Source: Fistulifera solaris (lineage: Eukaryota). Taken from it: DNA of 64,000 nucleotides. The stretch is taken from contig AP026142.1 of NCBI GenBank assembly GCA_030295235.1, forward strand, positions 186,001 to 250,000, written 5' to 3'. Below, in pieces: positions 50,305-62,217 of the stretch. A model generated the notes under the pieces. That model saw only the letters and a program-made list of their open reading frames with translations, ran no database searches and was not told the DNA's origin. The first letter of the stretch is position 1. The number at the start of each line of letters is the position of its first letter. The translations under genes were made by a program, and so were the position numbers.

Positions 50305-51060
50305 AGCGTAAGAGCATTCACTCTATAGAGTTTCCTCAACCTTTGGTTCTCTCGATTTACTGTACAATTCAAACACTGAGGATCCTAGATTTCTCGCTTT
50401 GTTCTTGCCTAAGAAAACTCTAGAGGTTTACAACATACAAGAGACGATACATCACGTCGACGTAGCTTCTACCAGCAGCAGAGCAGAAGATTATCTCTTT
50501 AGGGTGGAGCGTAGAGCTAGCGTCTGTAAGTCTGTAAACCTAGCAATAGGTGCTTCGGAGTCTAGAGCGATAGCCTTTGTGGAATCAGTGTGAGTCTTGA
50601 GCTTGAGTCGTCCGATTGCTTATTGCTTAGCTCTAGAAAGTACCGCAAGGTGCGGGAAAAAGTGTACACTCACGTAGGCCCCCGTAGAGAAATGTACCAA
50701 GCAGAGGTGCGTTCCCGTGTCTCCTCCTCCTCCCTGGTACGGAGTAGAAAACGCAAATTTACAGTGACATAAGGAGGAGTACCGGGTATCCTGCGGACTA
50801 CTTTTTAGTTAGAAGATAATTTTCTGTTTTCTTGAAAGAAAACGTCCTGCTAATTGCAAGAAAATTTCAAAAATCTTTTAGTGTCTTCAGTAACCTGATT
50901 GGCAACACCTTCTCGAAAACATCGCGCATTGCTGCAACGTCGCACACTGCCAAAACTTTCGCGGAAGTGATTGTAAAACCCATTAATCATCAAAATCATA
51001 CCTCCAAATTCAACAAGACGACGCGTATCCTCACAGAGAACGATGTCAAATATTATTAAA

Positions 51061-52159
51061 ATGGCAGTTCGCTACCAGGCAATTATTCTGTTTTTATTGG
51101 TTCGACACGAACTTCCCCGATGCCACGGACATGAACTGGCTCTGAGAGGAGGGCACTTTGATCCGCATGACGATCACTATCACTCACACTCTCTTCACAC
51201 TTATCGATCTTTGGGGGAAGAATATGTCAATGAAGACGGAATTCCCATTTGCGGCTTTTCCGACCCTTCGGAAGCTTATCTTTACAGATTCTCAGTGCCT
51301 CGCATGATTCTGCATTCCTTCGGAAAGTCGCAAAGTTCTTGAAACGTCTGTGGCACGCCGATAGACATCACGACAGGAACAGGAAAATCGTTCCGACTTT
51401 CTACCACATCATTCAAAGTGACACAGTTGCCGGTCCTTCTGCTGCGCTTGTCAAAGAGCAACATGATCATCTTGTGGAAGCATTTGCTCCATATGGTTTT
51501 TCTTTCATATTGAAGAACGTTACGTTCACCCGTAACAATGAATGGTTTGGGTACAAGGGATATAACACAATCCAAGAAAGGAGAATGAAGACAGCCCTAC
51601 GCAAAGGAGGCCCAGAATCATTGAATATCTACGTCAACAATGGGAATGGAGTCTGCGGTTATACTTATCTTCCAAAGTTCTACGCAAGTTTTCCCTGGAA
51701 TGACGGAATAGTTATAAATTTTCGATGTTTCGCAGGGCATAGTCCATCACAAGAGGGCGATGTCGTCGTGCATGAAACGGTAGGTATTTGATTTCTCGCT
51801 GTGTCCTCTTTGACTTTCCTAAGCAATTTTTTGAAAATACAGGGTCACTGGTTGGGATTACTCCACACGGTAAGCTGTACTTGTACGTCTATCCTATGAA
51901 ACTGAATTGTCTGAGCGTTTTTTGTCGGTGTTTGCGCCTGAAGTATTCCGGTTGCTCTGAACCCGGCGACGGGATATCGGACACACCACTACAAGATGGT
52001 CCCACGCTGGGTTGCCCATCAGCTCCTAAAAACTCTTGTGGAAAAGGAAATGATCTCATTAATAATTTCATGGATTTATCGTCGGATGTTTGTAGATCAT
52101 CGTTCACCCCGGGACAGACGAAGCGAATGGTCGAGGAATGGGTCCGGTATCGCTCTTGA
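51061..52159 (+). CDS. tandem paralog M43 metalloprotease; introns 51780-51842 and 51870-51943
   Basis: Spliced HETGHWLGLLH, DGISDTP and NFMDLS; frameshift near 51280. Confidence 0.85.
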
Positions 52160-52606
52160 AGAAAATGTGGCGACTGCGCACAATTGTCCTGATCTCTTTT
52201 TTTAGAAAGTTATTTATAAGTCTATGTCGCCATGTCCTTTTTTTAAGTCTCTAAGCTATAGACCTCAAGAAGAGATCTAATCTCTAGAGGAGTCACTCTA
52301 AATCGACGCCGACTGTGCCACTAGCTATTAAGGCTACCTATTTCACTTTCTATGTATAAAAGAACTTGTTAAACGGTACTTAAACCTTTATAGATAAAAA
52401 CACCTCAAACCTCACACTTCGAACGTCACAATTTTAGGCATAGCAGAAAATTATTTATGAAGACGACGAGGAAATCATGACGATGGACGTGTTTATATCA
52501 TTTCGCATCGTCGCCAAACCAAAGTCTCTTATCGTAAAGTAGTTCCGTGTTCAATTGGTGTTAGCGACGTATGTAGTAAGAGCTTACGAAACAGTTATGA
52601 GTCCTT

Positions 52607-53374
52607 ATGCGATACTCCCTGCCAACAACTCTTTTTTTGGTTTTTATGGCCGGAGCTACGGCTTTCCATGTCTCATCACTCAAGACAAATTCAAAATATT
52701 CAGCGCACTTTTCATCGTCACAAGAAATAGCACTATCACTAGAGCAGGAACAGAATGACGAAGACACGGCACGCTCATCCTTCGGCACAAAGTCATATTG
52801 GGACGATGTTTATAGCGGCCGTGGTGACTTTCCGACTGACTCGTATTCTTGGTATTTCGGGTGGGAAACATTGGGCCAATACGTCCGACGATATTTGCCT
52901 CTGATGAGTCACAAAGGAGAGCTGACAGATATTCTGATACCAGGCATTGGAAATGACTCCCTCTTGATCGATCTACTTCGTGCCGGTTATCGTAAACTAG
53001 CTGCACAAGATTATTCCACAGTAGCCATAGAACGGCAGAATGATCTTCTATGGTCCGAGCCCCAGAAAATGACACAAGAAATTGACTTGTGCGTCGGAAA
53101 CGTGAAAAATTTGCCGCCAGGATGGGCTTGTAGGTTCGACGGTGTCATCGAAAAAGGTTTTTGGGATGTAGTTTATCTCTTTGGAGACGGGCAGGTGGAA
53201 ATAGCCGTCGAAGAACTGCATCGGGTAATATCACAGAGCCCTATCCTTATCACTGTTTCTGGTGTAGTTACACGCGATTTTTGAACGCATTTATTCTCAG
53301 AGGATCGGTGGATTTGGTTGCGCAACGAAAATGATGATCTGAAGGCTGGATGCTTTGTTTTACAAAAGAAATAG
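52607..53374 (+). CDS. class I SAM methyltransferase (METTL13/EEF1AKMT4-like), predicted plastid presequence; in-frame TGA at 53282-53284
   Basis: Signal peptide ATA-F; FGTKSYWDDVY, YSWY, ILIPGIGND, DYS..AI and FDGVIEKG. Confidence 0.75.
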
Positions 53375-53592
53375 ATCCGTTACTTTACTAGTGACACGAC
53401 TTCGAAAGTGGATAGTTGAAAATGATATCAGATTAAACGCACGCTTGCACAGCGCAATTTTTGCAACCCTTTCTATCCATTGTTCTATGCACTCAACTAA
53501 TCTTCTTGTTGCTAAAAAGTCGCTAAGAAAGACTACATATCAAATTAGATATCCACGGATAATCTAGGATGCACTCGTTCATTTCTTTTCAA

Positions 53593-53968
53593 TTAGTATC
53601 GATGGTTGTACTGCTCTTTGTGATCCTCATGATCAGCCCACGACAACACGTAGTAAGTGCCCGCAGCGGTGCCGATCGGCCATAGCCAAGTTGCAAAACG
53701 ATCGACGACCTTTTTGGGAAAAGTAGGAATCCAGGGGGAGATAGTGTTCAATAAATAAGGAGAAACGTGCATGGTGACCTGTTCGATTAGCAGATAGACA
53801 TAGCAGTCATTAGAATGCGTTCGCAGCATGCCGAGGTGGACGTATAACGGATTCACCACTTACCTCCGCTTCGGCGTGACGTTTCTTTCCCCACCATTTG
53901 GTCATAGCCATTGGGTGCACTTCCTTGAGAGCAAGAAGTGTTCGAGTTCGTGAAAACGCAGCCGACAT
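53593..53968 (-). CDS. probable cytochrome bc1 complex subunit 8 (QCR8/UQCRQ-like); intron 53779-53863
   Basis: Small spliced protein with KWWGK..AE/VTMHVSPY, one hydrophobic segment, then YYVLSWA. Confidence 0.65.
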
Positions 53969-54386
53969 AATAAATAACAAAGCAAGCACAAATAAATTGC
54001 AATAGATGCTTCAACAACAAACCGCATCGTCGCTACTGGCGTACTGGTACCGTTCGCTTTTCGCTGTTTTGCTCGTCAACCGTCGACGCGAAAAACGCAC
54101 GAGCGACGGTCGTATGTCGTACGGTTCTACGGACAATTGCGCGAGAGTGGGCACTGGGCACTGAGCACTTTAGCGGTTACGACTTGTAAATAATTGTGAA
54201 AAGTACTGGTACGTGGCAGTGGCAAGTGGTAAGTACTTTGTGATGACGTAATGGCACGGAATACGGATCGACGGTCAGTCCTCTCCCGCTCTCCCGCCAA
54301 AAAACAAAAAGCCGCGCTAAAAGCAAACATCCGCCAAACAAAAAAAAATCGATGTCTTTTTGTTGCCAGCTAAATTGACGACGGCG

Positions 54387-55250
54387 ATGTCTCACAGATC
54401 TTGTTTCCGAGACGATTTATTCAAAAATAAAGTGGCTTTGGTCACTGGCGGCGGAACAGGGATCGGGAAGGCCATTGCGTGGGAGCTCGCATCGCTCGGT
54501 GCGAAAGTTGTGATTGCAAGTCGGAGTGTTGAAAAGTGTCAGGCTGCTGCGGAAGAATTAAACAATCGACGGCCATCTGGGGAAGTCATAGTAGGACCTT
54601 CTACAAGTATTCGGAATGGGGATGAAATAGCTCAACTTGTGGCATTTGTAATACAAAAATACGGGGCGATTCACTTGCTAGTAAATAATGCTGGAGGGCA
54701 GTTTCTCTCACCGGCAGAAAATTTAAGTCAGAAGGGATTTTCAGCCGTCGTTGAAACAAACTTGACCGGCACATTTCTTTGCTGTCGTGAAGCTTATAAT
54801 CAGTATATGGCTGAACACGGGGGCTCGATTGTCAATATTACTTTAGGGAATCGCAATGGCATGCCCTTGATGAGCCACTCGGGAGCTTCTCGCGCCGGCG
54901 TTGAAAATCTGACAGCTACACTCTGCACTGAATGGATCGAATCTGGCGTAAGGATTAATTGCGTTCGCCCGGGTATCATTTACACAGAATCCGGTTTTGA
55001 AAACTATGGCGACGCCGCCGAAGAGTTTATGGCCAAGATACTACCATCCATTCCTGCCAAGCGATTAGGAACAGCTGAAGAGATAAGCTCTGCTGTAGTT
55101 TGGCTACTCAGCGAAGGTGCGAGTTATGTCACTGGTATGACAATAGCGGTCGATGGTGCTAGCGCTTACACGTTCTTGCCGTTGGTGGAGACATCTAACA
55201 AGTCTCACCTTTCGGTTTACGGGCTTCTACCTTCCAAAGCTAAGCTTTAA
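54387..55250 (+). CDS. PECR: peroxisomal trans-2-enoyl-CoA reductase-like SDR
   Basis: VTGGGTGIG, VNNAGGQF, HSGASRAGV and C-terminal PTS1 AKL. Confidence 0.88.
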   Translation: MSHRSCFRDDLFKNKVALVTGGGTGIGKAIAWELASLGAKVVIASRSVEKCQAAAEELNNRRPSGEVIVGPSTSIRNGDEIAQLVAFVIQKYGAIHLLVNNAGGQFLSPAENLSQKGFSAVVETNLTGTFLCCREAYNQYMAEHGGSIVNITLGNRNGMPLMSHSGASRAGVENLTATLCTEWIESGVRINCVRPGIIYTESGFENYGDAAEEFMAKILPSIPAKRLGTAEEISSAVVWLLSEGASYVTGMTIAVDGASAYTFLPLVETSNKSHLSVYGLLPSKAKL

Positions 55251-55329
55251 GCGTTTTGAAATCTTGCTCATTTATTATTTACAAACCAAGCATCTATTGA
55301 CAAACAAAACATAGCATTGTACGATGGCT

Positions 55330-56494
55330 TTACTCTTTAAGCTTCACTACCTTGAATCCATTGTGAAATTGTGTAGTTTCTTTCTTATAAGTCGGCCACT
55401 GTTCTTCCGGACGTATCAACCGTTGACTAAACTCTTTCTTTGTAGCCTCGATAGACTTGCCTGTCTTGGGATCCAGCTGCGCCTCTGGGTTGACGCGGTC
55501 GTTGGGATTGTAATCACTGCGAAAAATCGATTTAGCATCAAGTCATACAAGAAATAATAGTGATTCATCAAACTTACCGAAACGTCCCAAACACTTTATC
55601 CCAGAACATCGTATACTGACCGTAGTTGCTTTGGGGAATTCGATGGTGTACATCATGACCTTTGGAGTCATAGATTGTTACGCCCATGAATGAGATAACG
55701 ATATCGTGTCTTGTGTGATTTAGTGCAGCAAGCATTCCACCGATTCCCAAGAAAACAACACTGGTGATCCCGTGAACTGGAACCACGAATGAATGACAAA
55801 ACCATAAAGCCAGTAAATGATTGTATTCGCCGAGGATGTACTCAATGGGGTGTACATTGATGGCATCTACGGCAGCACGACTCGGGGCTTTTTGATGATG
55901 GTGGTGTTTATGAATGTATCCGTAGATTCTAGGTACATGTAGTGCCCAGTGCAGTAAGGTGTAAACAAAGTCGAATGCGATAAACAAGGCAATCAAAGCA
56001 ATCAACGTGTTTGTTGCAGAAACATCCGTCAATTTCCAAGGGCATCGGTGTGCCGCGAAGGAAAGGTAAAAGTAGGTGAAAGGGGCAGTGTTGGCTTTGC
56101 TAAAGCCAATGTAAATGACATCGTGAGCTGTGAAATAGTCTAGGTGCTTTCCGCGGACAGGTATTTGCTTTGATTTCCACCAAACTGCAACAATTTATCA
56201 GAAAGAGATGCGGCTGAAATCGGAACGCCCACGCGTAGCGCTTGACGTACCTCCCCAGTGTTTGGCGATATGATCCAGTCCTTCAAAAGCAGCGGTCACA
56301 GAGATGCCTAATAACAACAGATCAATTGCCTTCATGCCATCTGGAAACTGAAGCAAGCGCTCGAAAAAATTTAGCGCATTACTTGCTGTCGCGCTCGTTT
56401 CTGCTCGAACATGAAACGCCGACACAAGCAAAAAACCAGCTAGAAATGATCCAGCAGACACTATCCTATAAAAAAGCCCTGAAATGCTCGTCAT
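55330..56494 (-). CDS. fatty acid hydroxylase/sterol desaturase family protein (3 exons)
   Basis: His boxes HWALH, HKHHH and HDVHH plus NYGQY..WDKVFGT; two GT-AG introns. Confidence 0.88.
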
Positions 56495-56843
56495 GGTGTT
56501 TGAAGGACGAGGAAGAGGGAAAGTCTAGTCACAACTTATAGTTTGCAATAACAACAATGTAATCGCACGAGCATTTTTTCGTCTGGTTCTCGTTGTTGCG
56601 GCACCTACAAAAAATCGTACTGGTATCTGTTATAAAAATACCGTCTGACCTCTGACTCACGCTTTTCGGTCAAGCTTAAACCCGCTCCGACACCGTCACA
56701 TTTTGTATATGCAACATTTTTGTTCGACGAGAGACTTCAGTTCGTTTCCATTCAATCGCATCTTTCCTCATATTGTCTCGCTGGTCTCTTTCAACAATAG
56801 AAGCCAAGAGATAAAGATATATTGTGATACAAGAACACAAACG

Positions 56844-58538
56844 ATGAGCGACAGAATCCTAGATCATGATGACAGTGCCAAGGAGGAGACCGAAGAGGAA
56901 GAAGCCCTTGAAGACCTTTTCTTACGCCACAAATTCCAACATTATGCGTTTCCATGGAATATTTTGAACGAAGCTGGATGGATTTACCACAGTGATTCCG
57001 GTTACAAGGCACCAACTGGTCGATCATTCAAGACGGGGAAAGACGTAGTGGATTTCCTTGACTATCATGCTATACCGGATGTGTACAGCAATCTCCAATC
57101 GATCGAGAAACCGGAATTCGAAGCGACGGAAGAGCAAATACAGTTACGTCGTGACTTAATCCAAATTATGTACCGCAAGACTAAACGCAAAAGTAAAGGT
57201 AGGAAGGATCAAGGAAGTGACACCCATTCAATTTCTTCAGTTTCGCGAGTGAGTGCAAGCATCGATGACGCCAGAGCCACTTCGCGACGGTCCACCAGAA
57301 ACCCCGTCTCTGAACGTTCGACCGTTGAAAGCCCTGTTGCCGAGCAAAGCGCGGAACTGTATATGACTAAAAACTCAAAGCGTGGAAAAAAGCCAGTTTC
57401 GTATTCAGCGCTAAAATCGGACGAGCCTATTCATTTTCCTTCCCTCGAAAAATGTCGGCAAATCAGTCGCGAGCATCAGGGACTTGAACTAGATGCTATT
57501 CAATCGGAACTCGAACGAGATTTCGATGAGTGGCGGTTCTTGCTTACCACAAATCACAATCTACTTTTCTTTGGCGCCGGTTCAAAAGAGAAATTGCTTC
57601 ACAGCTTTGGAGAAAAGTCATTGTCTGAAGAGGGTTATGTGTTACTGATAGATGGTTTTGCGAAAGATGTGTCAGTAACTTCAATTTTGGACTTATTTGT
57701 CAAGATATTTTTGAACGGTGAGGAACCGGAACCTTCTAGCGCGGTGCCTAGAGACGACGGTGAAACGTTTATTGCTGACATTTCCAACCCTTGGCAAGCG
57801 CATCCGCTAGTTGAGAGAGCGATCAATATTTCGAGGGCCATTGCCTATTGTGCGATGGAAACGCTCGAGCCGATATTTCTAATAATCCACAACATTGAAG
57901 GCAAAGGACTTCGGACGGATGTTTCGCAGGAAGCACTTGCTGCGCTGTCTGTCAATAGCCGAGTGGCAAACGGTACAGCATCGATCCGTATAGTTGCGAG
58001 TATTGATGATGTTGATTGCTCCTACAAGCTCTGGCGGTTACCGGTGATGGCGAGTTTCTCGTGGATATGGAAGGAGGTGCATACGTACCGACCCTACGAC
58101 AACGAATTTGTCATGCTAGAAAGTGCTGAACAGCAACAGAGAGCGAAAGGAAAGGCAGCAAAGACGGCACAGGCGCAGATTGCTGAAACGAAAAAGGCGA
58201 GAATATTAAGCATTATTGGTTCCATGGCACCTAAACATGCTGAGATATTGCAAATATTGGCTCAACTGCAACTGCAGCAACTACAAGTTGATCAAGACAA
58301 AGAAGGCTGGGTCGAATTCTCCACGTTTCGTGACCAGTGTAAGAAAAAGTATATCATAACTAAGGATCACCAGCTTGACCCATTCTTGACCGAGCTCGGT
58401 GACCATCGATTGATTCAGAAGAATATCATCAAGGGGGTTAATTACATATCTATCCCGCATGCTCAAGAGGAGCTCAAAAAGTTGTTGCTTACGACGTCAA
58501 GAGTTGGAAAATGTAAAATGTATAACAAAGGCGAATAG
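56844..58538 (+). CDS. ORC2: origin recognition complex subunit 2
   Basis: FDEWRFLL..NLLFFGAGSK, FLIIHNIEG..LR, IVASID, TYRPY and LTELGDHRLI. Confidence 0.9.
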   Translation: MSDRILDHDDSAKEETEEEEALEDLFLRHKFQHYAFPWNILNEAGWIYHSDSGYKAPTGRSFKTGKDVVDFLDYHAIPDVYSNLQSIEKPEFEATEEQIQLRRDLIQIMYRKTKRKSKGRKDQGSDTHSISSVSRVSASIDDARATSRRSTRNPVSERSTVESPVAEQSAELYMTKNSKRGKKPVSYSALKSDEPIHFPSLEKCRQISREHQGLELDAIQSELERDFDEWRFLLTTNHNLLFFGAGSKEKLLHSFGEKSLSEEGYVLLIDGFAKDVSVTSILDLFVKIFLNGEEPEPSSAVPRDDGETFIADISNPWQAHPLVERAINISRAIAYCAMETLEPIFLIIHNIEGKGLRTDVSQEALAALSVNSRVANGTASIRIVASIDDVDCSYKLWRLPVMASFSWIWKEVHTYRPYDNEFVMLESAEQQQRAKGKAAKTAQAQIAETKKARILSIIGSMAPKHAEILQILAQLQLQQLQVDQDKEGWVEFSTFRDQCKKKYIITKDHQLDPFLTELGDHRLIQKNIIKGVNYISIPHAQEELKKLLLTTSRVGKCKMYNKGE

Positions 58539-60619
58539 CATATTTTGTAGTGTTGATTGCATCACTTGCCCAGGATACAAACAGGCAATTTATCAAATGA
58601 CCGTTCCAGAGCAAGCTTCTGCAGCTTTGTATCCGATCTCACTTCCTCGAAACAGAACAAAAGCACCACGCTCGAGATTTACTATACGTGTCTCAATTCA
58701 TAAACGTGTACAGTAAGAAAAATGCCAGACGTAACGGAACCCAACCGAGCCGAACCTCTTGTAAATGAGTGGCCTCATAGACGACAGAAGCGAATGACAT
58801 GGCGAAACATCTAGCATAATCGCAACAAAATAAGCGGCCAAATAAACCAGTGCCGAGATCATTGTAGCAGCATCGCCCTCTACATGAAGAAGCCACTACA
58901 ACCTTAATACAAAACAGCAGGCCATTGGATATAGAATGAACCATACCGAAGCAATACAATGATCTCAGGTAATGCGCGAAAATCGCTTGCCAAAAACGAC
59001 TTTTGTGTGCTACGCTTTTCAACCACCAACATGCTCCTACATCCTTTGATCTAGCTCAAAACGAGTGATACAGAATAAAGGCACAAAGTAATGTTGTTTT
59101 ATTTGCAAACCCATTAAAAGCCGACAGACTCATCACAAAAACTGAACTGATCGTGAGCTTACTGACGTGCAGATGTCGTTTGCTTGTAATAAGTAGCTCC
59201 GAACTATATGCGTTTAAAACTCCCTTCAAACCGTCAGAAAAGTTTAGGGTGAGGCGTGCTCAATATACTTTCAGCCACAAATGGATTCGACCGTTTCCAC
59301 ACTCAAAGCAGAAAGAACGGATATTCCTTGTCGTGATTCAAAAGTCAAGCTTCATATTGATTGAATAAATATGACGACGCCAATAAGTAACTTGTCGTTT
59401 AAAACTCATTTCATTATCTTCAAGATTACACGAGAAAGTCTCAGTAGCCAATTTATAATCCAAATACTAAAATGCAAAGAGTAATCTCCAGTGCTCAAGC
59501 AATCAAATAGCACTTTCTCAGATGATAAACCAAAAAAGGGGGTTTGGCGTTTTCCATCATCTTTGAGATTACAGTTGAAAGTCTCAGTAGCCGAATTTTC
59601 AAGAATTTATTCCAACCCACTTGTCCTCCAGGCCATGTTGATCTTCTTCATTAAAAATTTTATCCCTGTCTAAAGAACTTGCAGTAAGATATGAGTTCAT
59701 GGGCAGTGCTTGCTCCACCAGATGGCACTTTATTAGACGAATGGCACTTTAAGTGGGTTTGAACTCGCAATAAATTGGCAAAGAGAGTTTTTGATAACAG
59801 CATTGATCGAAAAACGGTCATCCTGAAGCAAGAATATATAGATATAGGGAATAAGCGTGTTGCGCTTTGCTCTGCTGCCTAGGTGGTGCGAACGCACACG
59901 CCACCATTATACCGCTACCGACCAATTCTTTTGATCGTAACGATTCCCGATGATCGATATCCACTGCATGTCTCAAAGATTTACACACGACGCTTCAACT
60001 TGATTTTTATTATATTCTTTTTGGATATACGAAAACTAATATCGCAGTATGACATACGCAGTAAAATGGTGATTTTTTACCAGGTAAGTTGGTCGTTTTA
60101 GAATGATTTTTTACCTGCGTCAATAGGGCCGATATTGGTAGAAAATGCGACTTTGTTTTTAGAAAAACAGTTAAATATATTGAGTCAAGATAACTACGTG
60201 ATCAAGAGGCAGAAAGATTAATCAGTAGGACGGGTATCTTAGACAGCGTTGGCTCACACTGGGAAACCCGGGGAATAAATCTTGGTCGGGGAATGAGAAG
60301 GCAGTAATAATAGGCGTCGTAAGAGTTGCTTTGACTGCAAGCACCATGTTGATATTGCGGAGTAGCAATGAGCTTGATTGTAAAGGAGCTGAGAGGGTTC
60401 CGTCGGATAAGAATGAATCTTCGGAGTACTGATTTCTCACAGCGCGGTTTGCTGTGAATATGCGGGGCGATTTTGGGCTGTAAGCAGGGCTAGTTGTTGA
60501 CTTTGACAATGACAGGGCTTGATTATAAAATGTTATGAGCATCGCCTTGCTAAATTACAAGTTACGTTAGGAAATTAGGATATATTATTAGGATTTGGTG
60601 TTACATAAGGATTAAAAAA

Positions 60620-60727
60620 TGTTACTACAACAAATTCATCCAGTCTTCATTCTTAGTTTCGCTGATATGATGATAGCGCTCATTCGGTCTTATGGGTGCG
60701 TCCAAAATGTTTGTTGGCTAGTATGTA
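60620..60727 (-). pseudogene. duplicated degenerate 3' end of the 60920..61708 gene
   Basis: gttactacaacaaat.catcc.gtcttcattc...tgtttgttggctagt repeats 60917-61023; atgagcatcgccttgctaaattacaagttac also occurs twice (~60535 and ~60890). Confidence 0.8.
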
Positions 60728-60919
60728 CTTTTGGGGCGAGGTTTTCAATGAATTAGCGGTCGATGCCGGATGATAAGCAGGGCTTATCATGACTTGCAGG
60801 CGAAGTTAGAGCTGGCTTTGGAACGACGACGTTGAGACGCACTTTAAATCTTGGTGGGGAATAACAAGGAGCTTTATAATTAAAGTGTAATGAGCATCGC
60901 CTTGCTAAATTACAAGTTA

Positions 60920-61708
60920 CTACAACAAATACATCCTGTCTTCATTCTCAATTTCGTCGATTTGGTGATAGCGCCGATTCGGTCTCATGCATGCCCATGG
61001 TTCACGGTGTTTGTTGGCTAGTCTGTTCTTGTCAAAGCAGCGGAAGAACTCCTGGTGCTTCGCGCTATCAATAAACGATACGCATTGCATGTCAATAAAA
61101 CCAATCAAGCAACGTATTCGGCGCAGAGAGCCAAGAATGAGCATGTCGCGAACTATACCTTTGGGGTCCCACTTTCGTTGGAGCCAATGTTCAAACTCTG
61201 GAAGAGACGCGATTTCCTTTCTCAGTTGGAGAAAGTCCTCGTAAGGCCCAAATAGAGTTTTAAAATTAAAAAGACTTCTCTTCGATATATCAGAGTTGGC
61301 GAGGTACCACCGATACCAAGAAGATTGATAAATTTTCTCCAAAAGTGCTTGTCTAGCGATTTCTTCGTCCGGCTGACTGGTCTCTGATGTAGTGTCGTCT
61401 TCTGCGGCTACCTGCATTTGAGGCGACGTATCATCACTGAGCGAAGTGCTCGGGGTAGATGATGCGTGCTCTTCACCTGGACCTGCAATGTAGCTCTCAG
61501 CTGATCGGGGATCCTCCGTCTTGACTCTCTTGCGCTGCCGATTATAAGGCGAAGCTGGTGGTGGCGTAACTTCTTCCTCATGTTCTTCTTGGTCGTCGCA
61601 GTCATCGTCATCGTCATCGTCAGTTAGCATGCCGTTCATTAACATCTGAAAGGCGAGCGATGGCTCAAAAAGATCCTTTCGTCTTTTCGACAGGCGATAT
61701 TCGTACAT
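60920..61708 (-). CDS. protein derived from the N-terminal region of a PIF/Harbinger-like transposase, no DDE domain
   Basis: Acidic N-terminus, then SSWYRWY..FKTLF.PYEDFL..F..W..MLILGSLRRI..FID....ID...HQEFF, a pattern I recognise from Harbinger-like transposase N-termini. Confidence 0.6.
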   Translation of the reverse strand: MYEYRLSKRRKDLFEPSLAFQMLMNGMLTDDDDDDDCDDQEEHEEEVTPPPASPYNRQRKRVKTEDPRSAESYIAGPGEEHASSTPSTSLSDDTSPQMQVAAEDDTTSETSQPDEEIARQALLEKIYQSSWYRWYLANSDISKRSLFNFKTLFGPYEDFLQLRKEIASLPEFEHWLQRKWDPKGIVRDMLILGSLRRIRCLIGFIDMQCVSFIDSAKHQEFFRCFDKNRLANKHREPWACMRPNRRYHQIDEIENEDRMYLL

Positions 61709-62217
61709 GACAATGCCTACAAAGTTGTGAAATAATGTGGATTGTGATTTTTGAATGAGTATATTATTTTGTTGGGAGGTTAGGAAATCGCAGTTGTATC
61801 GGTGTCGGGGTGGGGTGTGTTGGGTGTGTTGATGTCATTCGTCCTTCAATATTTTGCCGCCAAGGCACGGTGTGGTGTGACTATGTAACTATTTATTTAC
61901 TTAGCATGTAGGGAAATTCAAAATGTCCGTTGCGGAGGTTAAATACAGGTGGAAGCACCGATCGGCCAAGCTGCCAGAGAATCCGGAACCCAATAGACCA
62001 ATAAAACCCGAAGCCGACAGCTAGACTATGCAAGAGCTATGCATGAACAACCGTCCGATAAAGCTATGATTAATCGTTCGATTGCGGATTCACCCTCACT
62101 TTACAAACACGTATTAATCAAGGAACTGATTGCTTTAACTATGTTCGCCTTATTGGAAGGATATTAGCTCAAAGAAAGAGCTACCGTATTTTTCCATGAA
62201 AGCACCGGGTCTATTAT

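Noticed and set aside
60222..60542. 106-aa minus-strand ORF
   Set aside because: Begins inside duplicated 3' flank sequence and has no recognisable domain.
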